From Candidatus Harpocratesius repetitus (GTDB lineage Archaea > Asgardarchaeota > Lokiarchaeia > Sigyniarchaeales > Promethearchaeaceae), in assembly GCA_021498095.1 (NCBI GenBank), contig JAIZWK010000001.1, forward strand, positions 3,000,001-3,032,000: a stretch of DNA of 32,000 nt, written 5' to 3'. Position 1 is the stretch's first letter. Every line of letters begins with the position of its first letter. Both the position numbers and the translations under genes were made by a program. Below are positions 17,732 to 27,082 of this stretch, one piece after another. A model generated the notes under the pieces. It ran no database searches. It was not told the DNA's origin and worked only from the letters and a program-made list of their open reading frames with translations.

Positions 17732-18475
17732 GTGGCGATCAACTTGGAAAAAAAAAAAACCGAATCTAAAAATCTTGGCCCCCCATATCATTTTGAATGC
17801 ACACAATGTGGAAGATGTTGTTCTGATCCAGATACAATTGTAAATTTAACTTACAGTGATATTTTACGCATGCAAGAAGAATTAAACTATAATTTAAATG
17901 ATTTTTTAAAAATAATCGGATTCTACCACTTTGACCATATACCAACTGAAAAAGAATTAGAACAAATGGTCATCCCTCCAATTCAAACTGAACGAGGATT
18001 AGCCTTTGTTGGACTTCGTAAAAAATCTAATGGTAGATGTATTTTTTTATCAAAAAAAAATAAATGCAAAATCTATTCTGCCAGACCTAATTTATGTCGC
18101 ACATTTCCTTTTCATTTTCATTCTCATCCTATTTCTCAACCAAAAAAGGGATTGGATATCAAAATGAATTTTACTCAAAAAGCTATCGAATATTGTCCTG
18201 GACTATCTTCAAATACGGAAATTGATAAAGTTTATTGGTTAGATATAGGAAAAATGGCAACAGCAGCCATTTTAAAAGAAGTAATATTGGTGAAAAAATG
18301 GAATAAAGCAGTTGAAGAAAAAAAAATTAAACCAATAGCAGAAAATTATTTACGAATAGTTTTAAACTTGTTTGAAAACAAAAAGAAGATAAAAATTAAT
18401 AAAAAAACAATAAAAAAGAATTATCAATCAATTATTAAACGAAAATTGAAAGAAAAAAGCGTAAACAATAAATAG
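17732..18475 (+). CDS. YkgJ-family cysteine cluster (Fe-S/Zn-binding) protein
   Basis: FECTQCGRCC...CIFL...CKIYSARPNLCRTFPF...CPG. GTG start. Confidence 0.88.
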   Translation: MAINLEKKKTESKNLGPPYHFECTQCGRCCSDPDTIVNLTYSDILRMQEELNYNLNDFLKIIGFYHFDHIPTEKELEQMVIPPIQTERGLAFVGLRKKSNGRCIFLSKKNKCKIYSARPNLCRTFPFHFHSHPISQPKKGLDIKMNFTQKAIEYCPGLSSNTEIDKVYWLDIGKMATAAILKEVILVKKWNKAVEEKKIKPIAENYLRIVLNLFENKKKIKINKKTIKKNYQSIIKRKLKEKSVNNK

Positions 18476-18493
18476 ATTATTATGAATGATTTT

Positions 18494-19942
18494 TTATTCT
18501 TTAATTTTTAATGGAATTAAAGAATTTACAGTGTCAATCCCAATTTGGACCAATTTCTCTGTTTCATTCATAGATGTTTGTGATTCGGCAGTTATACGTA
18601 AAATTGGAGTTGTTCCAGATTTCCTTATTAATATCCATCCACCTTTAAAACGTAAATGTACTCCATCAACTAACGTACGTTTGAAGTCGCTGTATCCAGC
18701 TTTTTTTAAATTGTTTTCTAATTTCTCAGCTATTGTGAGATAATCTTGAGATCTAAAATGTAAATCTTCTTCGAGCTCAACATTCTTTTTCAGATATGGA
18801 AACTCTGGTATGTCTGCAAATAATTCACTAAACTTACATTTATAATGTGAAAGATATTTTAACAGAATCGCAATAGTAGCTAAACTATCTGGTGCTTTAT
18901 GATCAGTTTTTTCTGGCCAAATATAAACGCCACAATTTTCCCCTCCTAAAAATGCATTATTTTTTAACATTGCTTGTGAAACGTTTATATCGCCGACTTT
19001 TGTTCGATATACATTCACTCCCAAAGGTTCTAAAACTGCTTCAATAACTCCAGATGAATTAACAGGTGTTACAACGGACAATTGTGGTCTAGATGATTTA
19101 GTAGGGTATTTTGAATTAATATATTCTTTTGCTAAAAAGGTCAAAATTCGTATAGGTTCAACAACATTACCTTTTTCATCCAAAAATACTACCCGATCTG
19201 CATCTCCATCGAATGCAATACCCATTTGTATTTTTGATGAATGTTGAATAAATAAACGTAAATCTTCTAAATTTTTTGGACTTGGCTCAGAGAGTCTACC
19301 TGGAAAAGTACCATCTGGTTGTGAATTCAAAGTAATAAAATCTAAACCTAATGCACTAAGCAATTTTGGACCTATTTCAGATGCACTACCATTTCCTGGA
19401 TCGACAATAACTGTAAAATGATCATCTTCACAATGATATTGAATTCGTTTCATTATGTGTTCAATATGTCTATCATTAATACCAAAGATCTGAGTAACTG
19501 TTCCAAGTCTATTATATTCTTTTCGAACAAAAGCTCTCTCGTTGTAAATTGTTTCAATCTCAGCTTCTTGTTCTGGACTAAAGCCTAAACCCCCTTTATT
19601 CCAAAGTTTAACACCAATATATTCTGGAGGATTGTGAGACGCTGTAATCATCACTCCACAATCTGCATCGAGGAAATCAATAGACATAGCTAAAGTTGGG
19701 GTTGTAACCATTCCTATAGTATATACCTTGCATCCAGTACTTACTAAACCACTTATAATCGCATATTCAATTGCAAGTGCAGCTGTGCGAATATCCCTAC
19801 CAATAACAACTTTACCAGAATTAATAGCGGTTCCAATTGCTTCACCAAGGCGAAGTGCCATATTTGGGGTAAAAGTTTGTTCTGATTTATCATATGTTGA
19901 AAATTTTTTTCGTATTCCACATGTTCCAAACATTGCATTCAA
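18494..19942 (-). CDS. Alpha-D-phosphohexomutase (phosphoglucosamine mutase / PGM-PMM)
   Basis: MFGTCGIR, catalytic ITASHNP, metal-binding FDGDADR, GGENCG and WILIRKSGT. Confidence 0.93.
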   Translation of the reverse strand: MNAMFGTCGIRKKFSTYDKSEQTFTPNMALRLGEAIGTAINSGKVVIGRDIRTAALAIEYAIISGLVSTGCKVYTIGMVTTPTLAMSIDFLDADCGVMITASHNPPEYIGVKLWNKGGLGFSPEQEAEIETIYNERAFVRKEYNRLGTVTQIFGINDRHIEHIMKRIQYHCEDDHFTVIVDPGNGSASEIGPKLLSALGLDFITLNSQPDGTFPGRLSEPSPKNLEDLRLFIQHSSKIQMGIAFDGDADRVVFLDEKGNVVEPIRILTFLAKEYINSKYPTKSSRPQLSVVTPVNSSGVIEAVLEPLGVNVYRTKVGDINVSQAMLKNNAFLGGENCGVYIWPEKTDHKAPDSLATIAILLKYLSHYKCKFSELFADIPEFPYLKKNVELEEDLHFRSQDYLTIAEKLENNLKKAGYSDFKRTLVDGVHLRFKGGWILIRKSGTTPILRITAESQTSMNETEKLVQIGIDTVNSLIPLKIKE

Positions 19943-20033
19943 ATAAATGGAATATTTAAAAAAAGAAAAATGTTTGGATATTTAAGCTCGCAATCTTAAT
20001 CTCTCTTATTATTCTTTATCTCTTTGTATCCAT

Positions 20034-21515
20034 TTATTCTATTTTAAATTCAAAAAGTGTATATAAAATTATAGAAATGTAAAAAATACAAACAATTATC
20101 CAAGATGATCTATTATTTTTTTCTATTTGATGAATTTTAGATGATACTGTTTCAGATTTACTAAAATAGAGTGAATTATAAATCCAAATGATACTTAAGG
20201 TTTTAAAAATAACCAATCCAATTCCAATAATCAAAATAATCCATAGAATAATAAGATCAATTGAATTTGGTAACAAATTTTGCGCTGTACTAAGCAAACT
20301 TGAATAATACATTTCAAAAAACTGGTAACCGGGAGAATTCTTAAAAAAGAACATTCCAGGAACCAATAATATAAATACTAACTCTACACTTGTCTTTTTA
20401 AATATTATTAATTTACCTACATCATTCTTATCATAAGCATTGATAATAGGTTCAAGCAAAGCAAATAAAATACTGTTTATTACAAGAGTTAGAATATAAA
20501 AGATTATTGCTGTCGTATAAAATAATGATTTAGCTTGAGCAGAAAAATAATAACCAGAAAGAATTAACAAAAATACTTGAAACTCGATTCCCGATATAAG
20601 GATTAAGATTCCTGCAAATTTTAGCCGATCTTGCGCCATCTTTTTACTATATTCTCTAATTAATTCAGCAAACAGCCATATTAAATCTATAATTGCCACT
20701 CCAAAAAAGATATATCCCAAAGTATGATCAAAACTTATAAAAATTGTTAGTAGTTGAAAAATAAATAATCCCATTAATGGGAAAAAAACCAAAGTTAATA
20801 TACCAACAGTAAAAGAAGATGAATTTACGAAATTTTTTCTAATGGATCGTGAAAATATAAAACTAAATCCAGAAAATAAACCCAAGGTTATAAAGAATCC
20901 AAAATAATTCAAATATTTTCGAATTGATGGAATGGATGTAAAACTATATGAAAGATCTTTTAAATTATAAGAAAAATAGTCAAAAGCGACCGATAATATC
21001 AGAATAATTAATAAAAAGGTAACAAAAGAAACCATTTCTCTAAATTCTTTAAAGTAAATTGGATCTTTTTTATAATCTCCTGTGAAACTGAGAAAATATA
21101 TTGAATTTAGCAAGATGATATAAGAAAGTGCAATTATAAAAATACTAGAAGATAATTCAATCAAAAGAGTCGAAATTACGATAAGCATGAACAAGAGAGA
21201 TATACTTTGATTTGAATGTGAGCGTAGGATCTGATGTTTACTCACAATATGAAGAATTAAAAAGATTGTCAAAATTATGTCAGTAATTAACCAATTCGTT
21301 GAATCTTCAGGTAAAAAAATGGTTAAAAAATCTAAAAATCGGAAAGCCGGAGAAATGAGAATTAAATTTTGCATAATTAATGCAAGAATCAAACCTGTGT
21401 TTACAAGATAAAAAGAATACTTTGGTTGATGCATAAATGGAAAGATTAACAATAAAGAAAGAAATAATATCATAATTGGTAAATTATTTAAAATAACTTC
21501 AAACATTTTTTTCAT
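20034..21515 (-). CDS. Multi-pass membrane protein; possible degenerate NuoN/MrpD-like (proton-conducting transporter fold) subunit
   Basis: About 13-14 hydrophobic segments, with helix spacing and weak local similarity to antiporter-like subunits, but lacking their conserved Glu/Lys residues. The ORF is solid; the family call is tentative. Confidence 0.5.
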   Translation of the reverse strand: MKKMFEVILNNLPIMILFLSLLLIFPFMHQPKYSFYLVNTGLILALIMQNLILISPAFRFLDFLTIFLPEDSTNWLITDIILTIFLILHIVSKHQILRSHSNQSISLLFMLIVISTLLIELSSSIFIIALSYIILLNSIYFLSFTGDYKKDPIYFKEFREMVSFVTFLLIILILSVAFDYFSYNLKDLSYSFTSIPSIRKYLNYFGFFITLGLFSGFSFIFSRSIRKNFVNSSSFTVGILTLVFFPLMGLFIFQLLTIFISFDHTLGYIFFGVAIIDLIWLFAELIREYSKKMAQDRLKFAGILILISGIEFQVFLLILSGYYFSAQAKSLFYTTAIIFYILTLVINSILFALLEPIINAYDKNDVGKLIIFKKTSVELVFILLVPGMFFFKNSPGYQFFEMYYSSLLSTAQNLLPNSIDLIILWIILIIGIGLVIFKTLSIIWIYNSLYFSKSETVSSKIHQIEKNNRSSWIIVCIFYISIILYTLFEFKIE

Positions 21516-21858
21516 CTCCTCTTTTTTTTAATTCTGGAGCTACTGCAAATTTCTCCCAAATAACAGATTCATTTTCATTAAATAACTCATTTTCTTCAAT
21601 GGTAATTAAAGAGTGAAAATTCTTGTCATTAAAGATGTTTTGGATAAAGAAGATAAAAAAAGGTAATAGAATGAATACAAAGCTATTCTGAATTAGAAAA
21701 ATAATAATCATAATTACTGTGAGAAAGAAAACGGAATGGAATAATGGTCGATATTTTCGTTTAGTTATTGAATTTAAGAAGAGAAAAATAATTCCTAAAC
21801 CCATAAAAAGATAAATATATTCTAAATTAGCAATAATAAATTCTTGAATCGATCCCAT
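21499..21858 (-). CDS. Small hypothetical membrane protein
   Basis: Two to three TM segments and a charged C-terminal tail. Overlaps the next gene by 17 bp and supplies its AGGAG SD-like site. Confidence 0.65.
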   Translation of the reverse strand: MGSIQEFIIANLEYIYLFMGLGIIFLFLNSITKRKYRPLFHSVFFLTVIMIIIFLIQNSFVFILLPFFIFFIQNIFNDKNFHSLITIEENELFNENESVIWEKFAVAPELKKRGDEKNV

Positions 21859-21887
21859 GGTACATGTTTATTTTGTCCTAAGATTTC

Positions 21888-23357
21888 TTAAAATTTTCGC
21901 ATTTCTTTAAAAAAAATTTGCTCATATGTGAGTGAAAATATTTTAAATTCTCTAAATGAGGATTTTATTTCATGATTATAAAAATCAATTAATAGAAGAT
22001 AACATTTCTTAGGATTGAAAAAATCCTTTATAAAAGAAAGTGAAGCAGATATCTCATCCAAAATAATTGAAATTGGCCGATTATCATACCATAAGCATTT
22101 ACCAATCAATAACTCTTGATTTTTTGTATTCCAAGCAACAATAGGATAATATCGAGACCTTACCCACCAGGAACCAATTTTGTCAAAATTAAACCAAGTT
22201 AAAGCCATTTTTGGAAGATATATCAAAACTTGTTCAGAAATTACGTCAACAATCTGTAAACTTAAACTTTGGTGAAGAGAATTTATAGAAAATTTATGCA
22301 TAGCAATATTACTAAAATTTGGAAAAATAAATCCAAAATAAAATTGCAAAAAAGGAACTTGAATAAAATAAAGCCCAATACGTGAATTTTTTTTTGCTAA
22401 AAGAGGTAATTCACGCTTAATAATTGAAGATTGCATCAAATTTTGAAGATATTGAGACAGATCAGAACTTTTCATATTCAATTGCAATCGTATTTCTTTC
22501 AGAGTTTTCTTATTTTGTGCAATACATGCTAAAATTTCTATATATACATTTAGATTTTTGAAATATTGTAATAAAAAGTACTCCACTTCCATTTTCCATA
22601 AAGGTGCTTGTATAGATAAATTAGAATGTAAAAACTGCCATATTGGAATCGAAATTTGGTTTAAGTACTTAGGAATTCCTCCAAATAAGGCAAATGTTAT
22701 TAGAGCTTCATCTTGTGAAATTGTTGGATGAAAAAGAAATAATTCATGTATTTTTATAGGCGATAATTGAAATTTGATTTGAGTAAACGATGATTGAGGG
22801 AAAACTTGATCTAAATACAGCCGGTTGATCGATAAACTATGAATAAATATGATTTTAATTGAAGTATTAGAAAGTAATTGGATGAAGAATTCGTTAAAAA
22901 TTTTCGAATTCAAAATATCGAATTTATCGACATTATCAATTATAATATATTGAATTTTTTTTCCTAAAGTTTTGAAAAATGGAACTTTATAAGGCTCCAA
23001 TAACTGCAAATCAGGATGAAGATAGAAGATTGATTTAAGAAAGCTATCAAACTCATCTTTTTTTCGTATATAGAAATAGAAATATGGATTATTGTTTACT
23101 ATGTTCAAAACAGAAGTCGTTTTCCCCACTTGGAAAAATCCAAATATATGAATTACAGAATAATTTGATTCTTGAATTAAATCTTTTAATTGTTGATATT
23201 GATCTGTTTCGATAAATTTCAAGGGAAAATCTTCATTTTTTTGTTTTTGGGCAATAATACTTCTTTTCTTCTTTACAACATGTTCTTTCTTTGATGTTTT
23301 CCTTTTTGTTACCATTGATGTGCTTTTTAATTTCTCTAGATCATCCAAGAAACTCAA
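21888..23357 (-). CDS. Archaeal ATPase (AAA + winged helix + DUF234/PD-(D/E)xK-like C-terminus), apparently degenerate
   Basis: Walker A GFFQVGKT, FGGIPKYL, YIEILACIA, LSQYLQNL...IIKRELP, FLQFYFGFIFP, GSWW and LLIGKCLW follow the DUF234 ATPase architecture. The TTG start overlaps the upstream stop (TTGA). Confidence 0.72.
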   Translation of the reverse strand: MSFLDDLEKLKSTSMVTKRKTSKKEHVVKKKRSIIAQKQKNEDFPLKFIETDQYQQLKDLIQESNYSVIHIFGFFQVGKTTSVLNIVNNNPYFYFYIRKKDEFDSFLKSIFYLHPDLQLLEPYKVPFFKTLGKKIQYIIIDNVDKFDILNSKIFNEFFIQLLSNTSIKIIFIHSLSINRLYLDQVFPQSSFTQIKFQLSPIKIHELFLFHPTISQDEALITFALFGGIPKYLNQISIPIWQFLHSNLSIQAPLWKMEVEYFLLQYFKNLNVYIEILACIAQNKKTLKEIRLQLNMKSSDLSQYLQNLMQSSIIKRELPLLAKKNSRIGLYFIQVPFLQFYFGFIFPNFSNIAMHKFSINSLHQSLSLQIVDVISEQVLIYLPKMALTWFNFDKIGSWWVRSRYYPIVAWNTKNQELLIGKCLWYDNRPISIILDEISASLSFIKDFFNPKKCYLLLIDFYNHEIKSSFREFKIFSLTYEQIFFKEMRKF

Positions 23358-23581
23358 CTTTTTACCACATCCTGCTCAATAAGTTTCAATAAATCTCGAT
23401 CCAATATTTCACTGGCTTTTAAAAAAGAGTCTATTGTTATTTTATTAGAATTATGTAAAAGTTGAGTCAAGCGCTCATAAAATTCATATAATTGAGCGAT
23501 ACCTTTTTTTAAGTTTCTTCCTGTTAAATTCGATTGAATCGGAACGAGTATACCTATTGTTTTCTTATCCTTTGGATTCAA
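23354..23581 (-). CDS. Small hypothetical protein (75 aa)
   Basis: TTG start preceded by an AGGTG SD-like site (23590-23594, -). The stop overlaps the ATPase start by 4 bp, suggesting translational coupling. Confidence 0.6.
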   Translation of the reverse strand: MNPKDKKTIGILVPIQSNLTGRNLKKGIAQLYEFYERLTQLLHNSNKITIDSFLKASEILDRDLLKLIEQDVVKS

Positions 23582-23589
23582 AATATCTA

Positions 23590-23612
23590 CACCTAAAAAA
23601 TATATTATAATC
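23590..23612 (-). promoter_or_regulatory. Putative TATA box (TTATAATA, about 23603-23610) and SD-like AGGTG for the 75-aa/ATPase unit
   Basis: The minus strand reads ...TACTTAAGTAGATTATAATATATTTTTTAGGTGTAGATATT-TTG. TATA assignment is weak in AT-rich DNA. Confidence 0.4.
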
Positions 23613-23725
23613 TACTTAAGTATTACTTAAGTAAACTTAAGTATATTAATCTAAGTGTTTTTTTTTTAGAAATTAGAATCTAATAAATTCCATTTACTTA
23701 AGTTAATGAAAATTATACTTAAGTA
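23613..23725. repeat. Cluster of five ACTTAAGT palindromes (three are full TACTTAAGTA); candidate operator array
   Basis: Cores start at 23614, 23625, 23635, 23696 and 23717 in the intergenic region between the PfkB kinase and the 75-aa gene. Confidence 0.85.
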
Positions 23726-23816
23726 AAAAAGAAGGAAGTATTTATATCAATTAAACAAGAAGAAAAGTAAAATATAGAATAGAAGATGATCCAGATAATA
23801 TGTGAAGAATCCTTAA

Positions 23817-24854
23817 TTAAAAAGAAGATAAGAGCTTATTTGGCTTAAATTTAAAATTCGGAACACCCAATACCTCGCATTTCTTTGATCCAAGAAAAAC
23901 AGCCAAGTTTAACGCTCGTTCTAACGAAAATGAATTAAGTATACCAAATATTATTCCTGCATTAAATGCATCTCCAGCTCCTGTAGTATCTTTAATTATT
24001 AAATTTTCAGGTGGTTTCTGAAAATAATATGTTTTTTTATCAACTAATATTGCTCCTTTCTTGCCACATTTCATGCAAAGATATCCAATATTAACAATTT
24101 TTATAAAATCATGTAAAATACGTAATTTTTCGAAAGTTGAAAGAATGAGGAATGATTTTAATGTTTTTACATTCCCTAATAAGAAAAAAAGGATTCCAAA
24201 TTCTTCTTCATTTCCCAACAATATTCTCAAAGATATTTTTTCAAATAGGGATAATAATGCATTTCTTAAATAATCTTTATTTATATCATTCAAATCATCA
24301 ACTTTCGGTAAAATACCACTAATATCCATTGAAAATAAGTGAGGTTGTATCTGTACTAGGTTTTCAAGCGTTTTTTGGGAATGATTAAAATGAATCAAGC
24401 CATTTTTAAGAAGTTTAGAATAAGACGAATCGCAAATTATTTCTGATAATTTGGAAGATACAGATGGAAATCGTTTAATTGATCGTTCACCTTGAAAATC
24501 CAATCTAATTTCGGTTCTACCTGAATTTCCTTCAAGTATTTTGATATTAGCCGCACTAATTTCTACTGATTTCAAGGCAGATATAATTTTTTCAGCCAAT
24601 TTATCAGTTCCAATTGTAGAAATGAGATTCACCTCATAATCAAGCGGATAAAGCGTATTTTTCATTAACTGAAGTAGAAAAAAACAAGTATTTGCAGCAC
24701 TCCCTCCTAAAAAAGAAACACTTTCCCCATTCGCAAGCATGTATTGATCCCAATTCAACGATCCGATACAAAAAAAAATGTTTTTCATGAAATCACGATA
24801 ATCCTGTAATTTTGTTAAAAGATTTTTAAAAACTTTTTTTATTTTATTCTTCAA
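23817..24854 (-). CDS. PfkB/ribokinase-family carbohydrate or nucleoside kinase
   Basis: IGSLNWD, LGGSAANT, GNEEE, KCGKKGA and DTTGAGDAFNAG. The real start may be ATG at 24788. Confidence 0.9.
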   Translation of the reverse strand: MKNKIKKVFKNLLTKLQDYRDFMKNIFFCIGSLNWDQYMLANGESVSFLGGSAANTCFFLLQLMKNTLYPLDYEVNLISTIGTDKLAEKIISALKSVEISAANIKILEGNSGRTEIRLDFQGERSIKRFPSVSSKLSEIICDSSYSKLLKNGLIHFNHSQKTLENLVQIQPHLFSMDISGILPKVDDLNDINKDYLRNALLSLFEKISLRILLGNEEEFGILFFLLGNVKTLKSFLILSTFEKLRILHDFIKIVNIGYLCMKCGKKGAILVDKKTYYFQKPPENLIIKDTTGAGDAFNAGIIFGILNSFSLERALNLAVFLGSKKCEVLGVPNFKFKPNKLLSSF

Positions 24855-25623
24855 GAGTTAATCGAATTGGGCAATGATCAGATCCATAAATTTGATCTAG
24901 TATTTCACTAGCTTTAACTTGTGGAAGAAATTCATGATTTACAATAAAATAATCAAGCCGCCAGCCAACATTTCGTTCTCGCGCGTTTGATCGATAAGAC
25001 CAATATGTATAATGCCCCCCATCAGAATTAAAATATCGAAATGTATCAATGTAGCCGCGATTTAAGAGTTCGGAAAAAGAAGTCCGTTCTTCGATAGTAA
25101 AACCAGCATGTTTTTTATTTGATGCAGGATTTGCAAGATCTATTTCTTTATGTGCAACATTAAGATCTCCGGTTAGAATTATCGGCTTTTTATCTTTCAA
25201 TTCATCAATAAAATCCCATAATGCTTGATTATAGCGCAATTTATATTCCAATCTTTTTAATCCATAGCCTGCATTTGGAAGATAGCCATTGATGAGAAAG
25301 AATTTTTCATATTCCATTGTGATTAAACGTCCTTCGAGATCTAGATCTTCTTCATGATTTATTCCGAACATTACAGCTTTTGGTTCCATCTTGGTTAATA
25401 TCATAGTTCCCGAATAACCATTTTTTTTGGCAGGATTCCAAAACATCTGATAGTTCTTCATAATGGGATGTTCTATAAAATTAGGATCAAGAGTTTTTTC
25501 AGACACTTTTACTTCTTGAAGGCAATAGATATCTGCACCTTCTTCTTTTAGAAAATTCAGTAAACCTTTCTTTAAAGCAGAATTTAAGCCATTTACATTC
25601 CAAGAAATAATTTTCATGCGCAT
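24844..25623 (-). CDS. xth: Exodeoxyribonuclease III / AP endonuclease
   Basis: ISWNVNG, CLQEVK, GYSGT, EGRLIT, GDLNVAH, YTYWSYR, GWRLDY and GSDHCP. Confidence 0.96.
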   Translation of the reverse strand: MRMKIISWNVNGLNSALKKGLLNFLKEEGADIYCLQEVKVSEKTLDPNFIEHPIMKNYQMFWNPAKKNGYSGTMILTKMEPKAVMFGINHEEDLDLEGRLITMEYEKFFLINGYLPNAGYGLKRLEYKLRYNQALWDFIDELKDKKPIILTGDLNVAHKEIDLANPASNKKHAGFTIEERTSFSELLNRGYIDTFRYFNSDGGHYTYWSYRSNARERNVGWRLDYFIVNHEFLPQVKASEILDQIYGSDHCPIRLTLEE

Positions 25624-25723
25624 TTAACTATATCACTCAAATATAGAAAAAAGTTTTTGATAACTCAACCATAAAATTACCTATAAAATTGATTTTTTGA
25701 TCAGTCACTAATTCACTTTTAAG

Positions 25724-27055
25724 ATGATAAATATGACTAAAATTCTTTTAATTGGTAATGGTGCCCGTGAACATGCAATTGCAGAGGCACTTGTCAAAGG
25801 TGGTGCTGAAATTTGTGCCTTTATGGCTAAAATGAATCCAGGTATTTCAGCACTCTGTAATAAAAACGTAGAATTGGGAAAATTAACAAACTTTGCAGCA
25901 ATTACAACTTTTGGAAACAAAAATAAGGTTGAATTTGCAGTTGTAGGTCCAGAAGCACCGCTAGCGATGGGAATTGTCGATGCATTAAAAGCTCAAGGAA
26001 TTCCAACAGTAGGACCCACTATTGAATGCGCCCAATTAGAAAGCTCTAAAATTTTTGCCAGATCCTTATTAAAAAAATATCACATTGAATCAAATATTCA
26101 ATTTGAAACATTCAAAAAAATGGAATCTATACCAGAATTTGTTGAGAAAATAGGCAAAGAAAACGTGGTTGTTAAACCTGATGGTTTAACTGGTGGAAAA
26201 GGCGTGAAAGTATGGGGAGATCACCTTCATTCTGAAAAGGAGATCTATGATTATTGCCAAGAAATTTTTGATCAAAATGGGCGCGTTGTTATTGAAGAAA
26301 AATTAGAAGGAGAAGAATTTACTTATATTTGTTTTGTTGATGGAAAACACGTGGTTGGAACTCCAATAGTTCAAGATAACAAACGAGCATATAATGGAGA
26401 CAAAGGTCCAAATACAGGAGGAATGGGATCAATTTCTTTTAGTGATCATTTACTTCCATTTATTACAGCTGAAGATGTAGAATATGCCAGAAATCAACTG
26501 GAAAAAGTAATTCAAGCAGTTTATAACGAAACTGGAGTTGAATACAAAGGATTTCTTTATGGTCAATTTATGAAATCCAATAAGGGTATAAAAGTTGTTG
26601 AATTCAATATCCGGTTTGGAGATCCTGAAGCTATGAATATTCTACCCATTTTGTCATCAAATTTCGTGGAAATATGCCGGCAAATTTTAGCAGGAACACT
26701 TAAAAATGAAATAATTTTTGATACAAAAGCAACAGTATGTAAATACTTAGTACCAGATGGATATCCAATAAATCCTAAGGCGAATAGTGAAATAATAATT
26801 GATGAAAAAGCCTTGAAAGAAATTGGTGCAAAAATTTATTATGCATCAGTTAGTGAAGAAGAAGGAAAGATTTACACTTCCACTTCCCGCGCTATTGCTG
26901 TACTGGGAATTGCTGATTCGATTGATGAAGCTGAAAAAATAGCAGAAAAAGCCACTCAATATATTCAAGGTGATTTATTTCACAGAACAGATATCGGAAC
27001 TCAAGCAGTAATCGATAAAAGAACCCAGCATATGAATCTTATATTGCAGAAATAA
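25724..27055 (+). CDS. purD: Phosphoribosylamine-glycine ligase
   Basis: IGNGAREHA, VVGPEAPL, AQLESSK, VVKPDGLTGGKGV, QDNKR...GDKGPNTGGMGS and EFNIRFGDPE. The likely start is ATG at 25733. Confidence 0.96.
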   Translation: MINMTKILLIGNGAREHAIAEALVKGGAEICAFMAKMNPGISALCNKNVELGKLTNFAAITTFGNKNKVEFAVVGPEAPLAMGIVDALKAQGIPTVGPTIECAQLESSKIFARSLLKKYHIESNIQFETFKKMESIPEFVEKIGKENVVVKPDGLTGGKGVKVWGDHLHSEKEIYDYCQEIFDQNGRVVIEEKLEGEEFTYICFVDGKHVVGTPIVQDNKRAYNGDKGPNTGGMGSISFSDHLLPFITAEDVEYARNQLEKVIQAVYNETGVEYKGFLYGQFMKSNKGIKVVEFNIRFGDPEAMNILPILSSNFVEICRQILAGTLKNEIIFDTKATVCKYLVPDGYPINPKANSEIIIDEKALKEIGAKIYYASVSEEEGKIYTSTSRAIAVLGIADSIDEAEKIAEKATQYIQGDLFHRTDIGTQAVIDKRTQHMNLILQK

Positions 27056-27082
27056 AAATATCAATTCATTTTATATCTTTTT

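Noticed and set aside
18486-19946. ORFs 18486..18743, 19728..19946 and 19753..19938
   Set aside because: Nested in or antisense to the phosphohexomutase gene.
23613-23725. Palindrome cluster as a CRISPR array or replication origin ORB repeats
   Set aside because: Units are only 8-10 bp, with no 30-40-bp unique spacers and no cas genes. The motif does not resemble archaeal ORB boxes, and no orc1/cdc6 gene is nearby.
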